Shown: piece after piece, positions 12,501-26,800 of the stretch
How positions within the stretch are numbered: position 1 is the stretch's first letter
Layout: each line of letters starts with the position of its first letter
NCBI GenBank assembly: GCA_017654855.1
Contig: CM030338.1
Coordinates: forward strand, 2,480,001-2,544,000
Reading direction: 5' to 3'
DNA length: 64,000 bases
DNA from: Podospora anserina
Lineage: Eukaryota
Translations under genes and position numbers: made by a program
Notes under the pieces: model-generated
The model's database searches: none
What the model was told of the DNA's origin: nothing
Seen by the model: only the letters and a program-made list of their open reading frames with translations

Positions 12501-15500
12501 GCCGTACACGTACACTACACTACAGCTACCAACGATCTGCGGGGAGTGCCGTCCCGCCATGGTTTGATAGCAGCAGCCAGGAGGCACATTGTTGGATGGC
12601 TGTTGCTTTTGCTCGGTAACGACAGGTCTAGCAATCCGCCATATCACAAACCCCCAAGCCGAGATTGGCCAACTGACGCTATTTGTAGGCACCGAGACGC
12701 TTCCTGCAGGTCCCAATCCTCTGGGCCTCGAATGAAGATTTCGGGACGAGGTGGTTCAGCTACCATCTGCTTGGGCCGCAGGCAGCTTATCTGGACGAGA
12801 GGGGACCGAGGACAGCCGATCTTCCGCGCCGATCGTCACAAGCCATCAAAGCCCAAAAGCCTATCCATCTTACCAACCCAGCCTGTCGGAACAGCCTCCG
12901 ATGGATGGGAACTGTATTTCCTTCCGCCTTTCCGTCGTGGTGCGACGCAGCGACTCTGTGCGTGCTGCACATCAGACGCGGTCGATGCCTCTGGTCGGAA
13001 AGTCTATGTATGTTCATGAAAAGCGTCGTCGTCGACACATGCCAAGTAGAGGTTTTGTTGATTACAGATTTGGCAAGGCGTTCGGGCACCAGTTCGATCA
13101 ATTAAGGTGAGATTGTGAAACACCCTGGCCATGTATGCCATCGGAACCTGGCGATTGGCTGCTCGGTGAGCCTGTGGGGGTCAGCAACGGTCATGAAACT
13201 AATTGCCGGGCTCTGATCTAGATTGCGATTGGTCCCCTTAGATCTGTCAAACCAAACTGGGAAGTTCTCTGGTCAGGTCCCCGAGTGGAAAGCCCAACAT
13301 CCAGACATCAACACACGGCCCTCCGGATTGCCCATCCGTCCCGGCAACTGCGTGCAGTCCTTCGCCGTCTTCATCGCCGTCTCTCTGGCACCGGATCGAC
13401 GAGCACTTTCATCAACTGGTGACGGACAAACCACGGCAACGGACCTTGCTACCTTGCTCTGCGGAACCATTGCACACCGGCGACGCGCCAGCCTGCTGAC
13501 GTTTCAACGTCTTATTAATATCAACCTTCTGCCAGGCTCGACTAGCTGCATGACTTGGGCGTCGGAGCTACATTCCAGATGTGCACAGTTAGGGAAAGTG
13601 CGTGAAACACATTTAGACCAAGCGCTGTGGAAGAAAAGGCAGAAGGCTGCCGCCTGCCCTTCCATGTCACGGTGGAAGTGTCCTGTACAACCGTCTGTCC
13701 TCCAGCTCGTGGGAAACCTATGTATCCTCGTGTTTTACACGTCAAGCGGTGAGGAGCTCAGCCGACTCACACATGACACCTGGGGGCCAATCAAGACCTG
13801 CGCCAATACTCTGGGCTATCCAGCCATCACACAAGTGTTCAATGGATTGCTGCACAAGACCGGACGGGGAAAGGCAGCGAGTATCCTCATAATATCGACT
13901 GCCTCGGAAACCACAGCACGTCTACCCCCCAAGACTGCCCACAGCTGCTCGGCTCGATTTGCCATTGTGCGGACGATCGATCTCTGTCAAGCAGTGGCAT
14001 CTGTGGCGTCTCTCGCGACCTCAGCTGAGGGGGAGGGCTTGTCATATATATGAAGCAGCAACCGCCCCCAGCTGCACGTCAGTTCCGAAGAGACCGCTGC
14101 GCCGTGGGCAATCCCCCCGCCCACTACCCAACAACGAACCAATATGGGTTGCACACAGATCGGTGTCCCGTCAGGATGTTGGGGACTGACGCGGGGAAGA
14201 TGCGATTCGTAGTGGCACAAGCTGGCTGGGCTCTGGCTGCTGACTCCTAGTGTCCTGTATAGAGGTTTCCGGCTTCATCAGACGCGGAGATCTCGCATCC
14301 AAGACATTTGCTAGGCCGAATGTGCCAGCACATACATGCTGCACGATCAAGACCATCGTCACTTCAAATACCTGACAAAATGTCCTGTACGCCCCGAAGA
14401 ACTACAACTGTTCTGGGCGGAGCGTCGTCCATCCTAGTCGACTGGACCACCAACAACCTTCCCCAACCACCACTACCGCCAACCACCATCCCGATAACAC
14501 CCCGCCATTGCCGCTCCGATCGGCTAGAATCAACCGAGAAGTTGCTCCACCAACATGGTAGCAGGTGTGAATCCAGGATTCCAGTTCATCCCGCCTGAAG
14601 CTGTTCCTCCTGGGCTGCAGGTGAACATTGAAACGGCCTTGATGCTTCACCACTGTCTCTTCACGTACGATGTTTCTGCGCAACAGATGGAGCGCCTACA
14701 TGGGTCGAGATAGTAGACCTGGCCTCCAATTTCTGGCCGACATTGCTTGGTAAATTTCAACGACACCTTACGAGAAACAGGTCAGGAGAGCCACATATTA
14801 CATGCCATGTCGTGCAAGCTGGCGAGTTGATCGAGGCTCCGAACACGAAGGGGTTGAAATTCGACTTGCTGGCCAACATTATTGACAGAGAGGCAACTGG
14901 TGTTTCCTCGTTCGGTGACGTACATATTCGTAGGTGTATGACAGTAAGCCTATTTTCTGCCGGTACCCACAAAGGGCAGCTCAAAGTGTGCGGTTGTCGC
15001 CCAACGCCGAGGCTTACGTTCTCTGTTGGTGAGAGGTCCTTTCGTCTGTCACCTGACAGCACCATGCTCCGCAAGCCGTCTTTGGAACGAACCACACAGC
15101 CAGGGCCCGGCAATCTCGCAAGCGCCATCCCTTCTAGGACAGGAGCGAGGCTATTCCGAACCGTGTCGTCCCCGGGTCACCCCCGGGTCGCGTCCCGCTT
15201 CGTCCCATCTTATGGCCGCTCAGTCAGCATCATGACGGGCAACTGCGGGTGCTGGATTCTTGCGCAACAATTTCTGGAATGGACAGGGGAAAAGACGCGA
15301 TGTCTGACCCAGGGGGGCTCGCCAAGAGGAGTTAGGGAAACAAAAGTCAACTGGGGAGGGCATTGCCCGCACCAGGGGTACCCCTGATTTCGCAGACAGA
15401 CCGGGGTGCCGCTCTGTACGGTACGGTAATTCAAGTGTAATAATACAGATGATGACACTTTGGGCAGGATGGACAACGCGGACACGCGGACAAGCCAGCA

Positions 15501-18500
15501 AGAAACCCCCGCTCGGAAGGTGAGCAAGACCTGACTCTCTTTGCCGGATCATCAACCGCAGCAACCAGTAGTGCTCCGACCCCCGAGCCGGCCAAATCTG
15601 GACATCGATACATAAGGCCCGGCGCCCACATCCCGGCCTGTCAATGCTTGTCATTGACCCTGACCGGGGTTACAGAAAACGATTTACACGGGACAGTCTC
15701 GGCGATCCTCTCATCAGCAAGCTCACTGACATCAGAACCGGTCACGGGGAGGAGCGCATCCGATGGTTTGAGAATCTGGTTGCAGCATATGCATATCTAT
15801 TCCAAAGGCATCAATCGAACAATCGATCTTTTTCAGCTTCCCAAGATCGGGCCACTGCAGCCGTCATTGGCCAGCTGTGTTCGGAGAAACCATAGCAGTT
15901 TATTACCACGCTAAACCGATGACAAGGCGTGGGGAGAGCAAATGCATCCTTGTTTGGGCCGAGTCGTCAACTTTACGGATATTGATGAGAGCAACAAAAT
16001 CAGCAAACAGGCAGGCCCCTATGCTACCGTAAGGATCTCACGGTGTTGCGGGAAATCTTGCCGTCTAGTGCCCCCCGCGGCTCAACCCTGGGGCAAGGCT
16101 CAGACGGCATAGTGCTCCGTCCCCCAGGCTCTTTCCAACCTCACCCAACATATCATGACATCAGCCGTTCGCCGGCCACCGACGGGTAGCTACAGAGGCC
16201 TTCGATAGGACGAGAGAAGCGGTTGTGGGATCAAGTCGCACAAAACATGCGACACTCTCTTCCGCCATGCCACAAATGTCACCGCCGCCGTGGTCACGGC
16301 CAAAAGAAAAAGGAGACAGGAGCTGAGTCCGAAACTCCCATCCCGTACCGTGGCCAAGCAATTTTCGTCGCTGGTCTTGCCGGTACACAATGCGCTTGCT
16401 TGACACGTTGCCCGCGGTGCTGGAACGCGGGACCGAGTCGGTGAAATATTATTCAGGCATTCTCTATCTATCATGCTCTTCTCAGCCGCCCGTTAATAAG
16501 CTCGTCTCCTTTTTTTTTTGCTGCCTTCTTGTCCAACCCCACGAGTCCATACGATGCTACACGACCTTTATTCCGAGCAGGATTCCGCCGCCACCGATGC
16601 CTTTTTGTCTTTCAGCTGGAGGGAAAGCGTCCTAGGTGAAAGGATGACTCGTTGATATCTGGTACCTGGCCAAAGTCTGGAGAAGCGCTGCCTGAGCCAG
16701 TCTGTTGGCTATCCTCGCCCGCCTGCCTTGGAGATGGTTCCTGCAGGAAGCGCAGCGCAGGCAGCGCGGACTGTTAATTAATATATCTGACATGTACAGG
16801 GACTGCCAAGGACTGCCAACCGCCGCACCAGAGCTACGGCCGTGTGGAGGAGAAAGCTATGCCAACCGGTCCAGCCGAGCCTTGCGGGAGGACTCGAGAA
16901 AAACCCGTCGATGCCGTTATTGTTCATGAGGGTGACTTGAACGGGCGGTGAAGCGGTTGTCAACTTGTCTCCGGTGGTAAATATCAACAAGCCAGTATAG
17001 GACGGAGTTTGCCGAGAGTCATCGTTCTGTGTGTCTTCCACAAAAGGATCGTCCCTCGGACGGACACGTGGACTGGTGAGGGCAGCACCACACTTTTCTT
17101 CTTGTCTAACAGGCCCCTGTCAACAGCTTCCTTGCTCCTGATACATGCGGGAACGGGATTCGGGAAGATTTGGAAGGCAAAATAAAATTCGGTGATAACA
17201 CAAGATAGGGGCCCCCTTGATAATGAAATTTGGGTGCGGCATTTGGGAAGACCTGCTCAAAACAGTGCAGCTCCTCCGTCACTGTCGTCTGATGTTCTCC
17301 GCAAAAAGCCCTGACTACATTAGCTCAACCCCGGTCCCCGAAGGGACAGGGTTCTGTGTGTATGATGCCTTGTTCGGAAGGACAAGTGGAGGTCATGGTT
17401 CGATGGCATCCCGAAGATGCAGCATCCTTGGAGGATTTCCTGGGCGGCGAAAAATGGCATACCTGGCTTGCGTCAGCAACAAGGCACCGCTCCTTTTTTC
17501 TTCTGCGTTCGCTGCGGACTGCAGCTTTCCATATTGATGGCCCCGTCTTTTTGTATTAAACTTTCAGGGGGGTTTGGGAAAGGGAAGTAAGAGCCCAAGC
17601 CGGAAGATGCACACGACGACGACGGATCCGGAGCGACGGCGGTACACTCCGGCTGGCCGCCCCATGCCCGTTATACGACCACGAGATAGGCGCGGGAGAC
17701 TGCAACGAAAAGAAAGGTTGTTGTGAGAACACGCCAGTCCGAATACATAGGCAGTTTAGCGAGCGAGGTGGGTTTTCTTTTTTTCTTTTTTTTATCTTAC
17801 TGTACACACAGTAACACATGCTTGACGGTTGGGGGAGGATCAGCAAGATCTCGGCTACGACGCTGGTGGTGACGATAACTTCCTCTTCTTGCTTGGTCTC
17901 TCCTTCCGTTACCCCTTGCTGCTCATCAACCGCGGAACCGAGAGAAGGACCGCCGGGCGGCCGTTGACCGAGGTCCTTCCGAGTGGGAAAGGAAAAGAGA
18001 AAACCCGACGGTGGTAGGTGGTGGCTCGAGTCGTGGCTGGCTCACCACGAGGTAGATAGTAGGTCATCCACCATTCATCATTCCTCCTTCCAAGTCGGGA
18101 CAAGAAAGCATCGATTTGTCAGGCGGGCCTCACGGGGACATGCGGGACCTTTTCTAGTGTCCTATGCTAGAACAAGTTTAAATGCTGGGCCAAGGGAATT
18201 GTTACTCCTCATATCACAAGCTTGTTTGTGGAGAAGGTAGGAATGGGGGGGGGGGGTGTTGACTCCGCAAAAAGTTGAGCATGACACTTTTGACAGCAGC
18301 AAAGAAAGCTGTCAAGTTTGACAGTCGCCAAGCGGTTGGTCCCCGCCGCTGACGCCGCCGCCGGCATGTTTTTAGAGTTGGGGGTGGTTTTTGACCGTTG
18401 GAGCAGCAAAAGAAAAAAAAGAGGGGAAACAGACAGGGCAACTGTCGGCTTTCTTGGTAATTTTTTCTTTTCTTTTTCTCCACACACTTCGGTTGATGGG

Positions 18501-18919
18501 GGAGGGGGGGCTTTCACGTGTGAACGGCAAAATGAGAGAGAGAGAGAGAGAGAGAAGGACTCCACCGAAGCGGGTAGTTTGGCACATGCTCGGCATGTTC
18601 GTTCGTTCGTTCGATCGTTCGCGTGTGCGAGGATGAGATGTGAGCTCGGCTTTTCAACAAATGTATTATTACTGGCTCCAGATTCGAGGATGGATGGCGT
18701 CTGGGTTTGTTGGCGGTGGAATTTTGTTGCTTTCGTCGGGATCACCATGACTCTTTCGCACTTGCCTCTTTCTGCTCTGTCCTCCGCCCCAACCGATTTT
18801 TTGGCGTAAGGTGCTCGAATCATGAGTTGATCGATTTCTCTCTCGCTCGGAGTACGGGGTTTTGACTGGTGAGTTGAATCCCTTTTTCAACGCCGAGGGT
18901 TCCGGGGAGTGGGTTTCCC

Positions 18920-18923
<4 letters not shown>

Positions 18924-18952
<29 letters not shown>
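18924..18952 (+). repeat. poly(T) tract (29 nt)
   Basis: Direct observation. Confidence 0.9.
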
Positions 18953-18957
<5 letters not shown>

Positions 18958-21900
18958 TATCGTCTTATTCGTATGTATATACGGTACAGTATAGTACGGA
19001 TTGGGAGTAGGTTGTCATTCCGAATTTTTGCGCGCGCAGGGGGGGATATGGGGGTAGTAGTTTAGTAGAAGTGTTGCTGCTACGGTTACGCATGACATAT
19101 AATCTCTGTGGTGCACGAAATATAGTGATATTTTGATAGGGATGGTAGCAGCGTCGGGGTTTTTTCTTTAGAGGGGTGGGGGGGGAAGGGACTGTAGTGG
19201 GAGAACTGTTTTGTTACACAGTACGTTGGGAAATGCTACGCTTGGTGGTGATGATGATGAGATGGCATGACGGGTTTGTTGTGGTGGTTATGGTTATGGT
19301 TATGGTTATGATTATGGGACGTATAATGCACAGAAGGGGGTCACAACGGTCTTTTTTGGCGGCGGCGGTGGTGGTTTCGGTGTGGCGAGGCGGGGGTATA
19401 TACACACATACACGGAGGGAAGGTCTGGTTTGGGTAATAAGCTCGCCGTGTCATTTTTTGGGGGTGTGTTTCGACATGCGATCCCCACAACAACCCTGGT
19501 ATGAAACGTGCAATCGTCAGGCTGCCAAACGACGGCTGGACGGGTGATGATGATGATGGCATGGCATGTGTGTATTGTTCCAAGCGAAGGGGACGGAAGG
19601 GATGACATGACGGAGGTGTCTGTGGGTTTTACCGGGGGGTGAGGGGGGTTTATGGGACGGTATGGTACAACGGGTTTTTCGGCGGCGGCGGCGGCTTTGA
19701 CATGTTCGGTTCGGGGGTGTTGATGTTTTAGTGTTGCTTGGTCCATGCGTGTGTGTGCGGAGGAACCGACCTGTCAAAAACACATGCACAAAATTGATGA
19801 ACCAAGATCTATGTAGGGGGTGGGGGGGTGGGGGGGGGGTGTCTGTGGTTTGAGCGGTCCTTGGCTCCAGATTGCCTGCTTGATTTGGGGGTTTTGGTCC
19901 GCTCTCTCTCTCTCCGTTGTTGTCGTTCGTCCGGTTCGCGGGTTTGTTGTATGAATGCCGGTTGGTGGGTTGGGTTGCAGTTGGGGGGGTTCGGTTCGAG
20001 AAAGATGTTGATGCTTGATGGAGGAGAAGGAGTCGAGAAAGGTTCTGAGTGGGGGTTCGGGAGGAAGGGGAGGCGAGGTATGACCTTGATTCGGGGAGGC
20101 TTATCACACCGAGTGATATAGGTACGGTATGCGGGGGAGTTGATGGGTTGGAAGTGTCAAATTCATGGAAGGACCCCTGATCAAAAATATTTGTTCTATG
20201 CATTCTGGGGGCTAGGGCATTATCGTGGCATTGCACACTGTCACTGCCATCGTCGGCAGTGTGGTTTTTGTTTTGTTTTCCTCATTTTTATTGATGCACA
20301 CCAACAAGGCATGAGGGAAACAAGTAAAATGTGACAAGATCACCTTGAGAGTGATTGGATCCTGCGATCGAGAGACAAGAAACGTTCTTCCGGTTGATTT
20401 TCATTGCTTTTTTCTTCTGTTCGCCTTGGTTTCGGCCAATCTTGAATGAGGGGTGGCAGGATTGGCAGGATTGACTGTTTCAGGGTTAGGATGGAGAATT
20501 TGCTCAGGGTTGGAGGATGGGAAAGAAGCAATTCTCGATCATGGAACAGTGCGAACTCCCCTTCCTCGTGTAGTAGGGGGGTGGGAATCGGGAATGCCAA
20601 GACTAGGAAGGAATGCGCTAGTGTGCAGGTTGTAACTTTAACTGGACCGCTGCCAGAAATGTTCACTGTTTCCCACTGGGAATGGGGGAAAGTTTGTGAA
20701 TACCGGTGGGGGAGAGAGTTGCATGACGCCACGATATGCCTGCTGGTTTACATTGGCAGCGGGATGGCGCGCGACCATCCCCCCCGATAGAAGGCGTGGT
20801 GTATGCACCAACCGATCGGGGTTTTGCTCCGGGGTTGTGTGATAGGTTGAAAGGGAAAAGATGAGGCGTGCGAGAGAACGGTCGAGGCTGCGCCAGGTGG
20901 GCTTTTAGGGGCTGGGCAAAAGTACATCACGCAGGGGGTTATTACATATCGATGTGATGGGGAGGCCGGTGGAGGGAACTCTTGGATCGAAAACAATCCA
21001 ATCCAGGGGATAGCGAGTTGGCAACGACAAGAAAGAAGGAAAGGGAGAAGGAGAAAGTGTCGAACCGAACCAGGAAACGGTATATTAAATCCATCCCGCT
21101 CAGTGTTGAGTCTCTCGGCGGCGGCGGCATCATTGCCCTGTGTGGTAAGTGCTTTAGCGAGTAGGGAGTGCCGCCGGTTGTTGATGGCGGTTGGGAAACG
21201 AAATACCGGTACCGGTAAATGCGAGGTGTGTGTGTGTGTGTGTGTGTGTGTAGAACAACAAAAGATGGCAAAAAGACCGATCTCTTTTGGGGGGTATAAC
21301 ACGAGTCGGGATATAGTCCGGGTCTCCCCTCTCTTTATATCGTTACAGTATATCACTGACGGCAAAGCCAAGATTTTGCAAGCATGGTAAAGGCAATATG
21401 TGTCCGGATGGGTTGGTGGCATGGCATGGGAGAAAGAAACCGCTCACTTTGTTCAAGATGCATCGGTTGCTACCGCCGCTTATACACAGCTGACACTGAC
21501 AGCATGTGCCAACATGGCGGTTTGATATTGAGCCGGTTGGACTAGCTGGCGCGCCGGCGGCTTGTCTCTCATATATTGCGGAGTTGACAGCCGAGCACCA
21601 GCACCAAGCGACGTGTGCCCACCGCCCAAGACCTCGAAAACCGGGTTCGCGAGGATAAAACAGCAAGAAGGACCGTTACGTCCGGCTCTTCGGAGCCGCC
21701 AGGGTTGCGTTCTTGGGAGGTGGTTGTCGAGTTGTTATTGTTTGTCCAAGGTAGAGTTGGCCCTTGGCAAGAAAACGCGTACACTGATCTGTGGATGGCA
21801 GTTGAAGTGATAGTACCTTAACCAGCTTGGCTCTCGGCAATACCGTCGTCACTCGCGGAGAATTTATCTTGTCTACGACGGTATCGATATATGAAGGGGT

Positions 21901-23887
21901 TGTATCAGCCATTGGTTCGGGTCGTTTGGGTCTGGCTCGCTTTTTGTTCAGGACCTGCCTGCCTACTTTGGTAGGTATGGGAGCGGTGAAATTGAGGTCC
22001 TTATTTCCCTCGTTTTCCTTGGTTTTGTGAATGGCGGACTTTGGACGAGTGTATTCGTATGCCTCCTCTTGTCAGTGACAAGGCTTTAAGCACAAGTTCA
22101 AAGCCACATTCCTCCCCTACCTACTTTCAGGGCTTGTTCAGGCCGGGGTGGCTAGCGCAACCCACCCCGAAAACCTGCCGGGGAAGGGGTCGGTTGGTGG
22201 ATTGAAGTGATGGAAGAGGTCTGGTTGGACCGGGTTTCTGTCCGTCCCGCCCCCCGGAGGAGGGCATGTTCAAATTCACATTCCCATCATTCACGCCTCT
22301 TTCTCTCACTACGATGTCTGGCCCCTGCCCTGTTCCTTGCTAGCACAATCTCTCCTTCCTGTCAAGTGGCCACTGGCCTGTCAATGTCAATGTGTCAGAA
22401 GACGTGGACAGGTCGCTAGGGGTCCGGGGAAAGGCGTCCAAAGAGTGTGCTTGCAGGATCATCCTGCCTGCCTTAGTTGATGGGTAGTTGCTGCCATGTT
22501 CCCTGTCGTTTCCTGCGAGGAGAAGTGAAAGGGGAAGGAAGCAACGGTGGTGGTGATGGTGGTGGTGGCGAGCCGTGAGCAAGAAAGCTACGATGATCAA
22601 GCAAACAGATTAACCGAGTCATCTGGAAGGGATCGTGGTATGGGTTGGTTCTTTACTGTCACAACAATGAAATATGGGTATTGTACTGTGTTTGTTGTGT
22701 CTCGGCCGGTTCGTCGGTATCATCTCCTGTCTCGGTCTCTCGGGGTCCGGCTCGGGGTAGTAGTAGTGTTCACCTCACCTTTCATCTCACCGGTCGGTGC
22801 AAGGGCGGACCTATATCGCGTGCACTTCCCTGTTTCTGTTTAGATTTCGCTTTTTTACCAAGATGCATTTTTCTTCTTCTTGGTGGAATCTGGTTAGAAC
22901 GATGGGGTTATGTATGTCTTGTATGTGTGTTGTGTGTGCCGAGGGCTCGTTGGTATTTTGTCGACATTGACATCAGCAAGACATCGCTGTCTTTCCTCTT
23001 TGTCGCCGAATAACAGCTGCAGTTCGGACTCGCATCTTGTCATGGTCCCGTCAGCATGCTTTCAAGCTGCAAATGTCAGCTCATGGCGTGTTGCTTTTTC
23101 TTCAGGACCTTGTTCTGTACACTCTTATCATTCCTCGCACTGTCCGTGACGTTGTGGTCTCTTCACGCACGCTTCACAATGAGCTGGCGACTGGAATCTA
23201 CCACTGAGATCATCGTTACGGCCTACGGTAAGTGGGCGACCACGGGCCAGATACATATTCGTCGTATAGTTGTACTCAAAAGCGTGGAATCAATAGTCCT
23301 TCGGGAGTGGCAGGATGAGGCTTGCAGGTTGCAGGTTTGATTGCTCTTCTGTGGCAAGCATTGTGCAGCAACGTTCGGCAGGGTGCTTGCTATTGACTAG
23401 ACCGCGCATACAGCCTACATATAACGTACCCTGGCTTTTTTGGGTTGGCTTTGACACATGCCAAGAAGTTGGGAAAAAGGTCGTGGTTGAGATGTGAGAT
23501 ATCATGGAGGCGTTGGGCTTTGGGTTGGGTGTTTCTGCTGCATAGGATGAAGCATCCGTCAGGGAATTGACTTTTTGAGATTGAATTGCTCGTAAACAAT
23601 TACATTGATCAAGCAGCGGAAAGTAAAAAAGGGTTTGTCAAGTGGGCACAAAAAGGGGTTATTGTGACACAGGCGAAAGTAAACAAACACCACGCGACAC
23701 ATCACCAACTCCCCAAACTAGCATCTGCACCTCCTGCTCAGCCAGATTAAAAGACAGAAATGTATTACCACAAAAATATACAGTCTCGCTATCTTATCTA
23801 ACATGCCCTTCTCCCCACCACCTGTTTTCCCTTTCTCTTGATTTTACTATCCCAACACAAGCAAATAAGTCATGGCGCAAAATATGC

Positions 23888-26800
23888 TCACTCCTCATCA
23901 ACATCACCGGCATCAGCCATGCTGACATCCGCCTTATTCTCACGCTGCTCCTCCTCCTTCTCACCCCCTCCCTCACCAGCACCGCCCTCAACCTCTTCCT
24001 CCTCATCACTATCCACCACCCGTCCAGCCCGCCTGCTCCTCTTCGCCTGCCGTCTCGTAACCGTCTCCTCCTCCTCATCATCACCCCTAATCTGGGGACT
24101 ACTCTCCCGATCAACCGCCATCCTATCTCCCTCATCCTCACTCCCCTCACTCCTCTGCCGCCTAGTATTCGCCCCCCTCCTAAAAGTATCCTCCTCATCC
24201 TCAGTACCCGAAGACCGGTCCTCAGACCTCGACGAGCGCTTCGAATTCCGCTCCATCTTCCTCTCCGTCCTCTCAAGCGGATCCTCCTCCCCGTTATAAC
24301 CCCCCCCTCCCTCATCAGACGAGTCCACCACAATCTCCGCACTCTTATACTTCCCACCCTTCTCCGCCTCCTTCCTACTGGCCAGCCTGACCCTCTTCTT
24401 CGGTGGCGCCCTCCCCCCACCCTCACCAGCATCGCTCTCCTCATCCCCCGTCTCATCCCTCCTCCTCGAACCCTTTTTCTTCTTCTCCGCCCTCCCCTTC
24501 CTGGGCCTCTGCGTCGACGGCTCCCCAGACCTCTCCCTCCTCGCCCTCTCCCCGCCTCCACCGCCAGACCTCTTTTTCCTCTTGACTTTCTCTCCAGTCT
24601 CACTATCAGTAGTCAACTCGGCCTCCATCCTGGCCTTCTCCTCCTCCGCCCTCTGCTCCGCTAAAATCCTATCCCTCGCCGCAATCTCCTCACGCTCCTT
24701 CCTGATCTTCTCCTGCCTAAGCCTCTCCGCTTCCTCGGCCTTCCTCCTCTCCTCCTCCTTGCGACGGAGCTCGGCCTGGCGCTGCTGGATGGCGGCGTCG
24801 CGCTTTTCCTTGTTCTTAGCTTCGTACTCCTTCTGCGCTTGGAGGGCACGGTTGAGCTGGTTGCGCACAGTGTTGCGCGCCATGTTAGCTCTCTGCTCAA
24901 TATCGTGCTTGGGATAAGGGGGGTTAGGTCCGGCAGCGATCTCATCGAGCGTCTTGATCGCTTGCTCCAGACCCTCAGCTGCTTGCTCGAGCTGGAAGGA
25001 GTTGCGGTCTTGGGAGGCGAATTGCCGGAGGGTGTCGGCGAGCATGATCTGAACATAAGCAACGTTGAACTTGAAGTGGGCTTGCTCAGGGGCGACCTTG
25101 AGGGCCTGGTTTTGCGGTCAGCATCCAGTCAACAGACAACAAAAAGGGTAAGCAAACATACCTTCTGAGCGTACTCCAACGCCATGTTGTAATGCTCAAT
25201 AAACTTCTTATCCGTCCTCGCCTTGTTCAACCAAGTCCTTCCCAAGCAGGACAAGACGCCCGCATCGTTCGCCTTGCCCTCCTTGCTAAGCGCAATCTCG
25301 TAGCTCTCAATCGCTTTGCTAAACTGCCCAAGTTCGGTGTAAATGTGCCCGAGATTGACGAAGACGTGGGCATCCTGAACTGTCTCTTTCACCTTGAGGA
25401 ACGCCTGCAACGCAGTCTTGGCATCCTTCTTGTCCTCAACCAACGCGATGGCAACACCCTGAGCTGCGTACGCATTCTTAGGCTCGAGCTGCAGGGCCTT
25501 GTCGAAGAATTCAACCGCGCGGCTGTACATACTGCTGCGCTTCTGCCTGTCCTGTTCGCTCTCGCGGCGCATTTCTCTGGCGGATCCCAACAGCAAGTTG
25601 CCCATTCCAACAAGAGCATAGCGGTCGTGCTTGTCGTAGTTTTGTAGCGTGTGCTTGTAGTGGCGGTGCTCGGGGTCCTCGTTGATGTTGGCGGGTCTCT
25701 TTTTGGCACTGAGCTTGCCGAGGAACCAACCATAGAGGGCGCGGACTTCAAGATCCGACGGGTTGTCCTGGTAGAGCTTCGCAACGGCATCGGGACCATC
25801 CTTGTTGGGGTTCTTGCGAAGCTTGATGTACGCAAGCCTGGCGCGGGCATCCGTGTAGTTGCTGTGCCTGCTCAGAAGGCGCTCGTAAGTTTCGATAGCC
25901 CTATCGACATCCCCTTCATACTCGTAGCTCCTGCCAAGGTTGAAAGAGATGGTGGTAAGAAGAGCATCGGTGTCCACCTCAGTGTCGTTCAGGCTACTGA
26001 TGCGGGCGCAGGAGTCGAGGGCCGCTTGGAAGTACTCGGTGGCGAGCTGGTGCCTGCCATCCTGAGAATAAAAGCAGCCAATGTTATTGAGCAGCTGAGG
26101 AGGAAGGTGCTTGCGGATTGCTGACCGGATCACGGCCTGGTCTTCTGCGTCGGCGGGATACTCGGACTTTGGCACCTGATCAATCTCCAACTGCTCAACC
26201 TGCTGGAGGCACTGTAGGGCACGATCTGGGAACTCAGTCTCGTACAACCTCGCCAAATTGAGCAACACAGCGGCATCCGGGAGCATGCCCTTCTTGGGGT
26301 CTTTCCATGCGGTCCGGACCGCCTCGAGGTAGGTGAGCGCCTTCTTGGTCTCGGCAGTCTTGTCTTCCTTGATGGCCGCTGTTTGGTTAGCAAATACCTC
26401 CTCGGCATACAGAGTGCCGAGAAGAATCATAGCCTCCAGGTTCTTGGACTGTTGAATCATCTTTTCCAGACGCAACTTCGCCTCTCCGAGATCATTTCTG
26501 AGCACGGAAAGCTGGGCGAGGCCAAACTTGGCTGGCAGGTAGCCGCGCTCGACACCACCTCTGGCATCATCAGCACGTCTGTAATAGTCACTCGCCTTAT
26601 CCAGATTCCCCTCATAATGCTCCTTTCGAGCAAGAAGGTACCAACCGTCGCTAGCAATAGCGTTGACATCGGTGTACTGAATAGCCTTGTGAGCAAGGGA
26701 GTCGACATTGGGGAACTGCTTCCGGGCGAGGAAGTAACCGGCGAAAGTGGCGCACGTCAAGGGGAGGTTCTTGTCGCGCTTGAATGAGTCTTGGGTGTAC

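Noticed and set aside
13223-15387. 276-aa and 214-aa ORFs in the gene desert
   Set aside because: Non-ATG starts, no codon bias or motifs; cannot be supported.
23642-24664. 340-aa and 269-aa ORFs overlapping the CTR9 3' end
   Set aside because: Low-complexity alternate-frame and antisense translations of the purine-rich CTR9 tail.
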